Made by a program: the position numbers and the translations under genes. This document shows, piece after piece, positions 17,389 through 27,489 of a stretch of 32,000 nucleotides of DNA (positions are counted from its first letter, which is position 1; each line of letters begins with the position of its first letter). The notes under the pieces were generated by a model. That model did not search any database, was not told where the DNA came from, and saw only the letters and a list, made by a program, of their open reading frames with translations. Location: the sequence record LC537470.1. The stretch is one strand, 5' to 3'.

Positions 17389-18291
17389 TTAGTGAATTCC
17401 ACCCCACCAGTACACTGTAATGAATAGGAATAACCAAACAACATCAACGAAATGCCAATACCAAGCTGCAGACTCAAAACCAAAATGGTGTGTCGATGTA
17501 AAGTGATTTAGTACAATTCGAATAAGTGAAACAAGTAAAGAGATAGTTCCTACAAAAACGTGGAAACCATGAAAACCTGTTGCCATGTAAAAACAAGATC
17601 CAAAAACACTATCTGTAATTGTGAAAGGTGCATCTAAATATTCTAAACCTTGGAAGAATGTAAAAACTGTCGCTAGAATAATTGTAAGAATTAACCCAAT
17701 AATTGCTTGTTTTTTAGCACGCACAATAATAGCATGGTGTGCCCAAGTAACTGTGGCACCTGAACTTAATAAAAGGAAGGTGTTTGTTAAAGGAAGACCT
17801 GAAGTTTGAATTGTTTCAATAGCAACAGGTGGCCATACTCCACCAATATTATAAGTTGGAGATAAACTTGAATGGAAGAATGCCCAGAAGAAAGCAAAGA
17901 AAAACATTACTTCTGAAACAATGAATAAGATCATACCTAGTCGTAGACCTCTTTGTACAGAAAATGTGTGTTGCTCTTCAAAAGTAGCTTCTCGAATAAT
18001 ATCTCGCCACCAAATATACATAACGTATAATACAGTTAAAAAACCTGTGAAGCATAATCTTCCACCTCCAGCAAAGTTGTGCATATATGCAACACCACCC
18101 GATGTCATAAAGAAAGCACCTAAAGATGCAACTAATGGCCAAGGGCTTGGATCAACAAGATGCCATGTGTGTCGAGTTTTTAAATATTTAAATTGTTCAT
18201 TTTTAAATGTGTTATTTTTTGAAATAACAGTTAAATTTTTCTTACCACTTACAAACTTAAATTTATTGATAAATAATTTAATAAATTTCAT
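17389..18291 (-). CDS. cox3: cytochrome c oxidase subunit 3
   Basis: [12 protein letters not shown], a [22 protein letters not shown] block and others are canonical COX3. About 30-40 residues precede the usual start and there is no internal ATG. Confidence 0.95.
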   Translation of the reverse strand: MKFIKLFINKFKFVSGKKNLTVISKNNTFKNEQFKYLKTRHTWHLVDPSPWPLVASLGAFFMTSGGVAYMHNFAGGGRLCFTGFLTVLYVMYIWWRDIIREATFEEQHTFSVQRGLRLGMILFIVSEVMFFFAFFWAFFHSSLSPTYNIGGVWPPVAIETIQTSGLPLTNTFLLLSSGATVTWAHHAIIVRAKKQAIIGLILTIILATVFTFFQGLEYLDAPFTITDSVFGSCFYMATGFHGFHVFVGTISLLVSLIRIVLNHFTSTHHFGFESAAWYWHFVDVVWLFLFITVYWWGGIH

Positions 18292-18324
18292 TTATACGTG
18301 TTTGAAAAAAAATAAACAGCATTT

Positions 18325-18398
18325 CACATTTTACAGGATTCGAACCTATGACCGGCAGCTTAGAAGGCTGTTGCTCTATCCAACTGAGCTAAAAATGC
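18325..18398 (-). tRNA. trnR: tRNA-Arg (UCU)
   Basis: Reverse complement has acceptor gcatttt/aaaatgt (G1:U72), anticodon loop ctTCTaa and T-loop ttcgaat. Confidence 0.85.
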
Positions 18399-18429
18399 TA
18401 AGATTTGCTATTTACTATAATTGTAAATT

Positions 18430-20442
18430 TTACTTTTTCCAAGAAGTTTTTAAGTAAAAACCTGAAATGAAAAATAAAATAAACAATCGATAATCTGTAA
18501 ATTCTCCGAAAACTAACCAATATTGCCGTGCACCTAACAGAATAGTACTACCAATAAGCACCAATAACGTAGCATGATACAGATAATTTGTTTGAAGACT
18601 GCTTACAGATTTAGCTTTTGTTGAAATAGCCTTTGAAAGACCCATTGGGCCAAACATTTCAATAATTCCTCGATCAATAATTTTGTAACTTACGTTGTAA
18701 CCAAATTTGAAGAAAAATTGACCTACATATTCGTTATAAACTTTATCGAAAAACCACTTTTTGTTTAAAAAGTTATAAATCTTTTTTCCTAAAAATGAAA
18801 CCTTAAATCGAAATAAAAGTTTACTTCCAAAAGTATAAAGTAAAAAAGAGCTTGTAGCACCACACAAACTTAAAATAACAGGCAGTACTTTATAGGTGTG
18901 CTCAATAAACTCAGCATCAATCATATTCATATTTTCAGGTAAGACATATAGAGCATTTCCCCAGAAATCAGTACCCAAACCAATAATCATATCTTTACTA
19001 TAATAACCAATAAACATACTTGGAATGGATAAAATAGCTAATGCAATACATATTTGATAAGACGAATCATAAGCAGCACAAATTACAGATTTATAACCAT
19101 TTGGTTTTGAAAGGAACGTTAAATAAACAAGTCGTGTCGAATAAAAAGCTGTTAAAAAAGCACCAACTGAACCTAGAATATAGCTAAAATGGCCTTCTGT
19201 TGTGTATTTACCATACGCAACCTCTAGAATAACATCTTTTGAGTAGAAACCTGTTAAAAATGGGAATCCTATTAGAGCTAAAGAACCAATTGTCATCATA
19301 GAATATGTAAATGGCACTAAATTTTTTAACCCTCCCATTTTTCGCATATCTTGCTCATCAGCAACGGCGTGGATAACAGATCCAGCACCTAAGAAAAGTA
19401 ACGCTTTAAAAAAAGCGTGATTTACTAAATGAAATACTCCAACAGAATAATTCGATAAACCACATGCAAAAACCATGTAACCTAACTGACTACACGTAGA
19501 ATATGCAATTACTCGTTTTAAATCATTTTGCATTAAACCTACAGTTGCAGCAAAAAACGCAGTACATGCACCAAGAACAGTGATTATTTTTAACATATTT
19601 GGTGTATACTCATAAATAGGTGAACTTCGCGCAATTAAAAATACACCCGCAGTTACCATTGTCGCTGCGTGAATTAGAGCTGACACCGGTGTTGGACCTT
19701 CCATAGCGTCGGGTAACCATGTATGCAATCCTAATTGTGCTGATTTACCAATAGCACCAATAAAAAGTAAAAACCCAATAATATCAATTAAGTTAAAACT
19801 CATATTCAAGAATACAAAACTATCTTCCACAAAAAAAGGAGTTAATGCAAACACTGTTGCATAATCAACAGCTTTGTATTTAACAAAAATAATTAATATA
19901 CCTAAAACTAAGCCAAAATCACCAATTCGGTTTAAAACCATAGCCTTGATAGCAGCTTTATTCGCTTGAATTCTGGTGAACCAAAAATTAATTAGTAAGT
20001 ATGAACACAAACCAACACCTTCCCATCCTACGAACATTTGAATGAAATTGTCAGCTGTTACAAGAATAAGCATAAAAAAAGTGAATAATGACAAGTATGA
20101 CATAAATCGAGGTAAGTGAGGATCATGAGACATATATTCTGTTGAATATAAGTGTACAAGAGTAGATACAAACGTAACCACACAACACATGGTAACCGTT
20201 AAAGTATCAAACATAAAACCCCAATCAACATTTAACATTTCGGAATTAATCCAAGTGACAAACTTAATGTAAACGGGTGAACCTACCAATGCAACTTCGT
20301 AAAAAGCAAATACAGAAATTAAAAAAGTTATAAAAAGTAACGTAACAGTTACTATAGATGAACCTTTAGGACCCAATTTTCTACCAAACATACCGGCAGT
20401 AATTGATCCTATTAAAGGTAAAAATACTAAAAGCAAATACAT
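18430..20442 (-). CDS. nad5: NADH dehydrogenase subunit 5
   Basis: 670-aa ND5 with FIGWEGVGLCSYLLINFW-type (FVGWEGVGLCSYLLINFW) and TWLPDAMEGPTPVSALIHAATMVTAG blocks. Confidence 0.97.
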   Translation of the reverse strand: MYLLLVFLPLIGSITAGMFGRKLGPKGSSIVTVTLLFITFLISVFAFYEVALVGSPVYIKFVTWINSEMLNVDWGFMFDTLTVTMCCVVTFVSTLVHLYSTEYMSHDPHLPRFMSYLSLFTFFMLILVTADNFIQMFVGWEGVGLCSYLLINFWFTRIQANKAAIKAMVLNRIGDFGLVLGILIIFVKYKAVDYATVFALTPFFVEDSFVFLNMSFNLIDIIGFLLFIGAIGKSAQLGLHTWLPDAMEGPTPVSALIHAATMVTAGVFLIARSSPIYEYTPNMLKIITVLGACTAFFAATVGLMQNDLKRVIAYSTCSQLGYMVFACGLSNYSVGVFHLVNHAFFKALLFLGAGSVIHAVADEQDMRKMGGLKNLVPFTYSMMTIGSLALIGFPFLTGFYSKDVILEVAYGKYTTEGHFSYILGSVGAFLTAFYSTRLVYLTFLSKPNGYKSVICAAYDSSYQICIALAILSIPSMFIGYYSKDMIIGLGTDFWGNALYVLPENMNMIDAEFIEHTYKVLPVILSLCGATSSFLLYTFGSKLLFRFKVSFLGKKIYNFLNKKWFFDKVYNEYVGQFFFKFGYNVSYKIIDRGIIEMFGPMGLSKAISTKAKSVSSLQTNYLYHATLLVLIGSTILLGARQYWLVFGEFTDYRLFILFFISGFYLKTSWKK

Positions 20443-20463
20443 TTTTTGTTGTTGAATTTTTTA

Positions 20464-20536
20464 TAAGTAATAATGGACTCGAACCACCAACATCCTCGTT
20501 GTAAGCGAGACGCTCTACCAATTGAGCTAATTACTT
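20464..20536 (-). tRNA. trnV: tRNA-Val (UAC)
   Basis: Reverse complement has acceptor aagtaat/attactt, anticodon arm tctcg-ctTACaa-cgagg and T-loop ttcgagt. Confidence 0.9.
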
Positions 20537-20545
20537 TTTTAATTT

Positions 20546-20617
20546 TTGGGACAAAAGGATTTGAACCTTTGAATACCCGTACCAAAAACGAGGGCCTTAC
20601 CACTTGGCTATGTCCCA
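20546..20617 (-). tRNA. trnQ: tRNA-Gln (UUG)
   Basis: Reverse complement has acceptor tgggaca/tgtccca, anticodon arm ctcgt-ttTTGgt-acggg and T-loop ttcaaat. Confidence 0.9.
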
Positions 20618-20618
20618 A

Positions 20619-21191
20619 TTAAAAATTTTTTTGAGATTCCCATGGAGACAGAAATGCAAATGTTCTATATTCTTGACACAATTCTAACGACTCGTTCACA
20701 ACACGTTTTTCAATTTCATTATAACGCATTTCAATAAAACCACTTAATGGGAAATCTTTTCGTAATGGGTATCCTTCAAAACCATAGTCGGTCAGAATTC
20801 TCTTTAGATTCGAATGATTCTTGAAAAAAACACCATACATATCCCAAATTTCACATTCATACCAACCTGCTGCAGGATATAGTTTTTCACAAGAGTCAAT
20901 ACCTAGTAACTCGTGAGTAAAAGTTTTAACTCTTAGTCGAAAGTTGTATCGAACACTTAATAACTCATAAACTACCTGAAATCGATATTTGTTCATAGGA
21001 TAATCTACTCCAGAAATACATGATAACAATTTAAATTGATATAATATGTGATTTTTTAAAAACAGTAAGACATCAAACAACACATCTGGTTTGACAATTA
21101 AAATTAAATTGTCGCTAAACACTTGTATTTTTTCTATAGGACACACTTTTGATAAGGAACGTAAATTTTCTACTAGTATTTGTTTGTTCAT
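20619..21191 (-). CDS. nad9: NADH dehydrogenase subunit 9
   Basis: YPAAGWYECEIWDMYGVFF..HSNLKRILTDYGFEGYPLRKDFPLSGF is the canonical 30-kDa subunit sequence. Confidence 0.95.
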   Translation of the reverse strand: MNKQILVENLRSLSKVCPIEKIQVFSDNLILIVKPDVLFDVLLFLKNHILYQFKLLSCISGVDYPMNKYRFQVVYELLSVRYNFRLRVKTFTHELLGIDSCEKLYPAAGWYECEIWDMYGVFFKNHSNLKRILTDYGFEGYPLRKDFPLSGFIEMRYNEIEKRVVNESLELCQEYRTFAFLSPWESQKNF

Positions 21192-21247
21192 ATATATGTA
21201 TTTTTAGTAACAAAAATTTTTTGTTATTATAAATTTAAACAGTTGGT

Positions 21248-22771
<1,524 letters not shown>

Positions 22772-23071
22772 TTATCTAGCTGACTTACGTAAACCAGAAA
22801 TAAAACCATTTCGTGCTAATCGTAGAAAAGATAATCTTGAATACCGAAAAGCTGAATGTGTTTTACCATTTCGACCTGTTAAAATACATCTATTTACAAG
22901 ACGTGTTTTATGACTGTTAGAATTAAATTTGGCAAGTTGTAATTCTGAATTCCACCGAATAGTTTTTGATAAATTACTGTTTCGCATAATGCTTTTTAAT
23001 ATAATACGTTGATTTTCGAACTTTAAGTTTAAGCTTCGTTTATTTTTATCTTTTTGAATTTGATTTTTCAT
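22772..23071 (-). CDS. rps14: ribosomal protein S14
   Basis: RLVNRCILTGRNGKTHSAFRYSRLSFLRLARNGFISGLRKSAR is an S14-like C-terminal half. Confidence 0.9.
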   Translation of the reverse strand: MKNQIQKDKNKRSLNLKFENQRIILKSIMRNSNLSKTIRWNSELQLAKFNSNSHKTRLVNRCILTGRNGKTHSAFRYSRLSFLRLARNGFISGLRKSAR

Positions 23072-23073
23072 TT

Positions 23074-23265
23074 TTACTTAAATAATTTATTTCTGTAGCC
23101 GGCTAATGTGTTTAGCGTTGTAGTGTTTTTATTAGATTTTGGTTTTGAACTAGATTCTAGATTTTTTAAATCTTTTTCAAGAAAACTAATATTAAAATTT
23201 AATTTTGAGTTTTTTAACATGGAATTGGTTGTACAGCTTCCATTTGAAAAGATATGTAATTTCAT
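23074..23265 (-). CDS. small hypothetical ORF (63 aa); faint L31-like ends only
   Basis: The ORF fills the nad7-rps14 gap almost exactly, with its stop 2 nt before the rps14 ATG. The MKLHIFSN start and ...AGYRNKLFK end vaguely recall L31 (MK..IHP ... GR.DRFNK.F). I cannot support the assignment from sequence alone. Confidence 0.3.
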   Translation of the reverse strand: MKLHIFSNGSCTTNSMLKNSKLNFNISFLEKDLKNLESSSKPKSNKNTTTLNTLAGYRNKLFK

Positions 23266-23299
23266 GTATAATTTTTAAAATTGATTAAAAAAACTACTG

Positions 23300-24496
23300 T
23301 TACCGGTCTACTTCACCAAATACAATATCTTGTGTTCCGATAATTGTAACAACATCAGCAATTAAGTGGCCTTTTGACATATGGTCTAAAGCCTGTAAGT
23401 GTGCAAAACCTGGAGCCTTAATTTTACATCTATACGGTCGATTTGTGTTGTTTGAAACTAAATAAACCCCAAACTCGCCTTTTGGAGCCTCACTAGCTGT
23501 GTATGTTTCATTAAAAGGAACAACAAAACCTTGTGTGTAAACTTTAAAATGGTGAATTAAAGATTCCATAGACTGTTTTATATCTTTTCGTGATGGTGGT
23601 GTTAATTTGTTATCACTGCTTTTGATAATACCAGATGGAATTTGATTTAAACACTGTTCAATAATTTTTAAAGACTCTTTCATCTCAAAAACACGAATTA
23701 GGTATCGATCATAACAGTCACCATTTGTACCTGTAGGTACATCAAAGTTTACCTCATTATAAACTTCATACGGTTGACTTTTTCTTAAATCCCAATTGAT
23801 ACCAGAACCTCGTAGCATAACACCACTGAATCCCCACGCTTGTGCGTCTTCAGCTGTAACAACACCTATATCTACAAGTCGTTGTTTCCAAATACGGTTT
23901 TCGGTTAACATCTCTTCTACTTCTAGAAGTCGAATATTAAATTGTTCAACGAATAAATAAATATCGTTTAACAACCCTGCAGGGATATCCATAGAAACGC
24001 CTCCGGGTCTAAAATAAGCTGCATGCATTCGCGCTCCAGAAACGCGCTCGTAAAATTCCATTAATTTTTCTCGTTCTTCAAACGACCATAAAAATGGAGT
24101 CATAGCACCAACATCCATGGCATGACAACCTACAGCTAACAGGTGATTTAAAATTCGAGTAATTTCTGCAAATAGAACTCGAATATATTGCGCTCGTCGA
24201 GGTACTTTTGCGTTAAGCAATTTCTCTACAGCTAAACAAAATGTGTGTTCTTGAGACATCATAGATACATAGTCTAATCGGTCGAAATATGGTAATGCCT
24301 GTAAGTAATTTTTATACTCAACAAGTTTTTCAGTACCTCGATGTAATAAACCAATATGAGGATCAGCTCGGTGTACGATTTCTCCTTTTAATTCTAAGAC
24401 AAGTCTAAGAACCCCATGAGCCGCAGGGTGTTGAGGCCCAAAATTGATAGTAAAATTTTTGATTCTTTTTTTTAAATCTTTCTTTTTTAATGTCAT
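23300..24496 (-). CDS. nad7: NADH dehydrogenase subunit 7
   Basis: [33 protein letters not shown] and the C-terminal DIVFGEVDR are canonical 49-kDa subunit blocks. Confidence 0.98.
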   Translation of the reverse strand: MTLKKKDLKKRIKNFTINFGPQHPAAHGVLRLVLELKGEIVHRADPHIGLLHRGTEKLVEYKNYLQALPYFDRLDYVSMMSQEHTFCLAVEKLLNAKVPRRAQYIRVLFAEITRILNHLLAVGCHAMDVGAMTPFLWSFEEREKLMEFYERVSGARMHAAYFRPGGVSMDIPAGLLNDIYLFVEQFNIRLLEVEEMLTENRIWKQRLVDIGVVTAEDAQAWGFSGVMLRGSGINWDLRKSQPYEVYNEVNFDVPTGTNGDCYDRYLIRVFEMKESLKIIEQCLNQIPSGIIKSSDNKLTPPSRKDIKQSMESLIHHFKVYTQGFVVPFNETYTASEAPKGEFGVYLVSNNTNRPYRCKIKAPGFAHLQALDHMSKGHLIADVVTIIGTQDIVFGEVDR

Positions 24497-24515
24497 ATCT
24501 TTAAATTTTTAAAAT

Positions 24516-25283
24516 TTAACCAAGTTCTAATTTAGTCATAATATAATGGTGGAATTTTAAAGTTGGAAGTGATACTACCACAATTGGCATAAATCCATGA
24601 TTTACACCACAAATTTCACTACATTGACCAAAAAATACACCAACTCGCTTAATAAATAAGTTTAGTTGATTTAGTCTGCCTGGGCACGCATCAACTTTTA
24701 ATCCAAAAGATGGTACTGTCCAACTATGTAGTACGTCAGCAGCACTTACAAGTAATCGTAAGTGTGTGTTTGTTGGTAAGATTACTCTTTTGTTTGTTTC
24801 TAATAATCGGAAATAACCTTGTTTTGTTTTAGGTAGTCCGTCTAAAACCATCATATAACAAACGTATTTTAAACTTTGTTCTTGTTTTTGACAAGAATTA
24901 AAGTCTGAAATTTCATAACTCCAAAACCACTGATGTCCTAAAATTTTAAGAGATAATTCTGGTTCTGAAATTTCGTCCATAGCATATAACAATGTAAACG
25001 ATGGTGTTGAAAGAATTAATAAAATTAATGCTGGAATTGTTGTCCATACAATCTCTAGTTCTTTTGAATGAACGAATTTAGAATTATACTTGTTATTAAA
25101 TTCTACAAAATAAAAAATTGTATAAGCTAGTAACCATGCAACAAATAGTACAATTACTGTTAACAAAAATAATAAATGTTTGTTAAAAAGTAAAATACCT
25201 TCCATTGTAATACTTGCAGGTTCTTGTAAAGAAGTTTGCCAAAAAGCGGGGCTGTCACAAAAAATAGAAGAATTATAAATCAT
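24516..25283 (-). CDS. cox2: cytochrome c oxidase subunit 2
   Basis: The CuA site is present: DVLHSWTVPSFGLKVDACPGRLNQ...GQCSEICGVNHGFMP. Confidence 0.95.
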   Translation of the reverse strand: MIYNSSIFCDSPAFWQTSLQEPASITMEGILLFNKHLLFLLTVIVLFVAWLLAYTIFYFVEFNNKYNSKFVHSKELEIVWTTIPALILLILSTPSFTLLYAMDEISEPELSLKILGHQWFWSYEISDFNSCQKQEQSLKYVCYMMVLDGLPKTKQGYFRLLETNKRVILPTNTHLRLLVSAADVLHSWTVPSFGLKVDACPGRLNQLNLFIKRVGVFFGQCSEICGVNHGFMPIVVVSLPTLKFHHYIMTKLELG

Positions 25284-25424
25284 ATATGTTTTTTTAATGT
25301 TATTCTTAGGTTTAGCGTTTTGAAAAAAGCATTATATGTACTAATTCCAAAATTAAAAAGTTATCATCATTATTAAACAAACTTAAGTTTAAACGATAGA
25401 AAAATATTTAGAATAAGTTCATTT

Positions 25425-25524
25425 GGCTTTTCCCTTCATAAAGGTCGAAAAAAATGTGTATTATTTTTTTGAACACTTTTTAGAAAATACAAATGCTAAA
25501 ACCGTAGATAATACTTTATTGATT
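25425..25524. repeat. outer inverted repeat, left arm (100 nt)
   Basis: By hand alignment, its reverse complement matches 26497..26596 at 95 of 100 positions. Confidence 0.9.
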
Positions 25525-25865
25525 TAATTTTTGGAATAAATCTTAAACTAAAATCTGTCATCTAATCGTACTTTCGTTATTTCTAATATGTCAAATGTTT
25601 TTTGACTTCAAATTTACGTTTACTTAAATAAGTTTTCTTTTGAAATAATTACAGAAATAAGTATCGAAAAAAATTACCAATTAATTCATTAACTACTTGA
25701 AAAGTATACAGAATTTAAGATACTATTATAGAATTAATTATAATTAACAAAAGTTGAACGAATATAAAAACATTCATTGTTAAAATAAAACTATCTTATT
25801 AAATCAAGTAAATATTGCGTTATTTAGTTAAATACATATATTATACCCCCCTATATACTTCTATT

Positions 25866-25935
25866 CCCTTCATAAAGGTCGAAAAAAATGTGAATTATTT
25901 TTTAATGTATTTTTTATTCAGTAGTAAAGTACAAA
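25866..25935. repeat. inner inverted repeat, left arm (70 nt)
   Basis: By hand comparison, its reverse complement is identical to 26169..26238 (70/70). Confidence 0.9.
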
Positions 25936-26085
25936 GTGCGTTAAAATTTTTTGAACCTTACACAAATTTTTGTGGTTTTTTCTTATTTGTCTGTTGCAAA
26001 ATATTTTTTAATTTGTATAATGAATTAACAATTGTTAAGAATAGTTACAAATTTACTATATAAAACAATTAAATTATCTATGTAC

Positions 26086-26113
26086 ATTTCATGAGTTTTT
26101 CTCCTCATGAAAT
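26086..26113. repeat. stem-loop inside the inner repeat spacer
   Basis: atttcatgag (26086..26095) pairs with ctcatgaaat (26104..26113), giving a 10-bp perfect stem and an 8-nt loop tttttctc. Confidence 0.8.
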
Positions 26114-26168
26114 TTTCAATAATATTAAAATTAACGAACAAGATTATTGTCTAAAAATTTAAACAATA

Positions 26169-26238
26169 TTTGTACTTTACTACTGAATAAAAAATACATT
26201 AAAAAATAATTCACATTTTTTTCGACCTTTATGAAGGG
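26169..26238. repeat. inner inverted repeat, right arm (70 nt)
   Basis: Perfect reverse complement of 25866..25935. Confidence 0.9.
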
Positions 26239-26496
26239 AAAAGTTAAAGTAATTTATTTGGACCACTTTTAATTATTTCACAATCTAAATCTATTCACTG
26301 TTAACAGGCAGTTTTATTTTGGAATTAATGTAATTTTTTAGAAAATGTTAGGTTTAAGTATAAAAACATCGTTTAGAAAACATAAATGCTTTGAATTAAT
26401 CTTAAATTCATTTTCTCAAACGTTTACAAAAACGTGTTTACATTACGATAATTTATATGAAGAAGATTTCGTATTTAACATTTACTATGAAGATTG

Positions 26497-26596
26497 AATC
26501 AATAAAGTATTACCTACTGTTTTAGCATTTGTGTTTTTTAAAAAGTGTTCGAAAAAATAATACACATTTTTTTCGACCTTTATGAAGGGAAAAGCC
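26497..26596. repeat. outer inverted repeat, right arm (100 nt)
   Basis: Reverse complement of 25425..25524 with 5 mismatches. Confidence 0.9.
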
Positions 26597-26645
26597 GCTT
26601 TTACTATTTTTAACAAAAAAGTTTTGCTATTTATTTTTATAAAAG

Positions 26646-26717
26646 GTCTCTATCGTCTAGTGGTTAGGACATTGCCCTTTCACGGCAATAACACGGGTTC
26701 AAATCCCGTTGGAGATG
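26646..26717 (+). tRNA. trnE: tRNA-Glu (UUC)
   Basis: gtctcta-tc-gtct-agtggtta-ggac with anticodon arm ttgcc-ctTTCac-ggcaa and T-loop ttcaaat. Confidence 0.9.
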
Positions 26718-26816
26718 TTAAAATCTGAAATCATTTCTGAATTCAAGGATTTTTACAAAAAATTTAATTAAATATTCCTAACAAAAGGAGAAGCGTATAT
26801 AAATTTTTTGTTGGTT

Positions 26817-26907
26817 GGAAAGGTGACTGAGTGGCTTAAAGTGAAGATCTGCTAAATCTTTGTGTAAACATTAATTTGCACCGTGGGTTCGAATCCCACT
26901 CTTTCCT
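26817..26907 (+). tRNA. trnS: tRNA-Ser (GCU), very long variable arm
   Basis: Acceptor ggaaagg/tctttcc, anticodon arm aagat-ctGCTaa-atctt, variable arm of about 21 nt, T-loop ttcgaat. Confidence 0.85.
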
Positions 26908-26918
26908 TAGATACATAT

Positions 26919-27338
26919 ATGTTACAAAATATTAATATGTTATACGAATTACAATCGTTTTATAATTACAATTATTCGTTTTTATTTTTTGAATTTTTAC
27001 CTGTATTAATTTTTTTAGGAATTGCTATCGTATTAGCTCTTATTATTACAGGCTTATCTTACTTGCTTTCGGTTCAAAACCCAGACACTGAAAAATTGTC
27101 TTCTTATGAATGCGGTTTTGAACCTTATGAAGACGCGCGAAATATTTTTGATGTAAAATTCTATATTGTGGCAATTTTATTTATTCTGTTCGATATCGAA
27201 GCTATGTTTTTACTACCTTGGAGTGTTAACATTTCTCAATTAAGTACTCTAGGTTTTTGGTCAATGATTGATTTTATCATCGAATTAGGTGTGGGCTTTG
27301 TTTATGTATGGTACATTGGCGCATTAGAATGGGATTAA
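26919..27338 (+). CDS. nad3: NADH dehydrogenase subunit 3
   Basis: The SSYECGFEPYEDAR and FDIEAMFLLPW motifs are present. The track ORF starts at a GTG (26883) inside trnS(GCU). The first ATG downstream of the tRNA is 26919, with 26937 as an alternative. Confidence 0.9.
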   Translation: MLQNINMLYELQSFYNYNYSFLFFEFLPVLIFLGIAIVLALIITGLSYLLSVQNPDTEKLSSYECGFEPYEDARNIFDVKFYIVAILFILFDIEAMFLLPWSVNISQLSTLGFWSMIDFIIELGVGFVYVWYIGALEWD

Positions 27339-27357
27339 TATTTGTTAAACCTTATAA

Positions 27358-27430
27358 GTTAGGATAGAGCAATTGGTAGCTCACTGGGCTCATGCCCCAG
27401 AGGTTGTAAGTTCAAGTCTTACTCCTAACA
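27358..27430 (+). tRNA. trnM: tRNA-Met (CAU), initiator-like
   Basis: Acceptor gttagga/tcctaac. The anticodon arm ctggg-ctCATgc-cccag has three consecutive G:C pairs next to the loop, an initiator hallmark. T-loop ttcaagt. Confidence 0.85.
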
Positions 27431-27489
27431 AAAATAAAGATTAAACTTAAATTATCACAGTAGATTAATTTTTTAAGTTTAAGATAATA

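Larger units (their letters stand above)
25284..26645. promoter_or_regulatory. major non-coding region at the divergent strand switch (candidate control region, bidirectional promoter or origin)
   Basis: This is the only gap above 200 nt in the window. Genes to its left (17289..25283) are all on the minus strand and genes to its right (26646..31988) are all on the plus strand. It holds nested inverted repeats, dispersed direct repeats and a central hairpin. The functional role is inference only. Confidence 0.5.

Noticed and set aside
25815-26063. 82-aa TTG-initiated ORF inside the repeat region, which could be taken as cargo of an IR-flanked mobile element (MITE- or IS-like).
   Set aside because: It begins upstream of and runs through the left inner repeat arm and has no recognisable domain. 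I see no target-site duplications flanking either repeat pair (gttcattt / gctttta; tctatt / aaaagt). It is too small for a transposase.
25432-26589. CRISPR-like interpretation of the four 27-nt core copies.
   Set aside because: There are only four copies, in mixed orientation and with irregular spacing (about 300-430 nt). There are no cas genes, and this is an organelle genome.
26883-26918. GTG start of nad3 at 26883.
   Set aside because: It lies inside the T-arm and acceptor of trnS(GCU). The ATG at 26919 follows the tRNA and gives a normal ND3 N-terminus.
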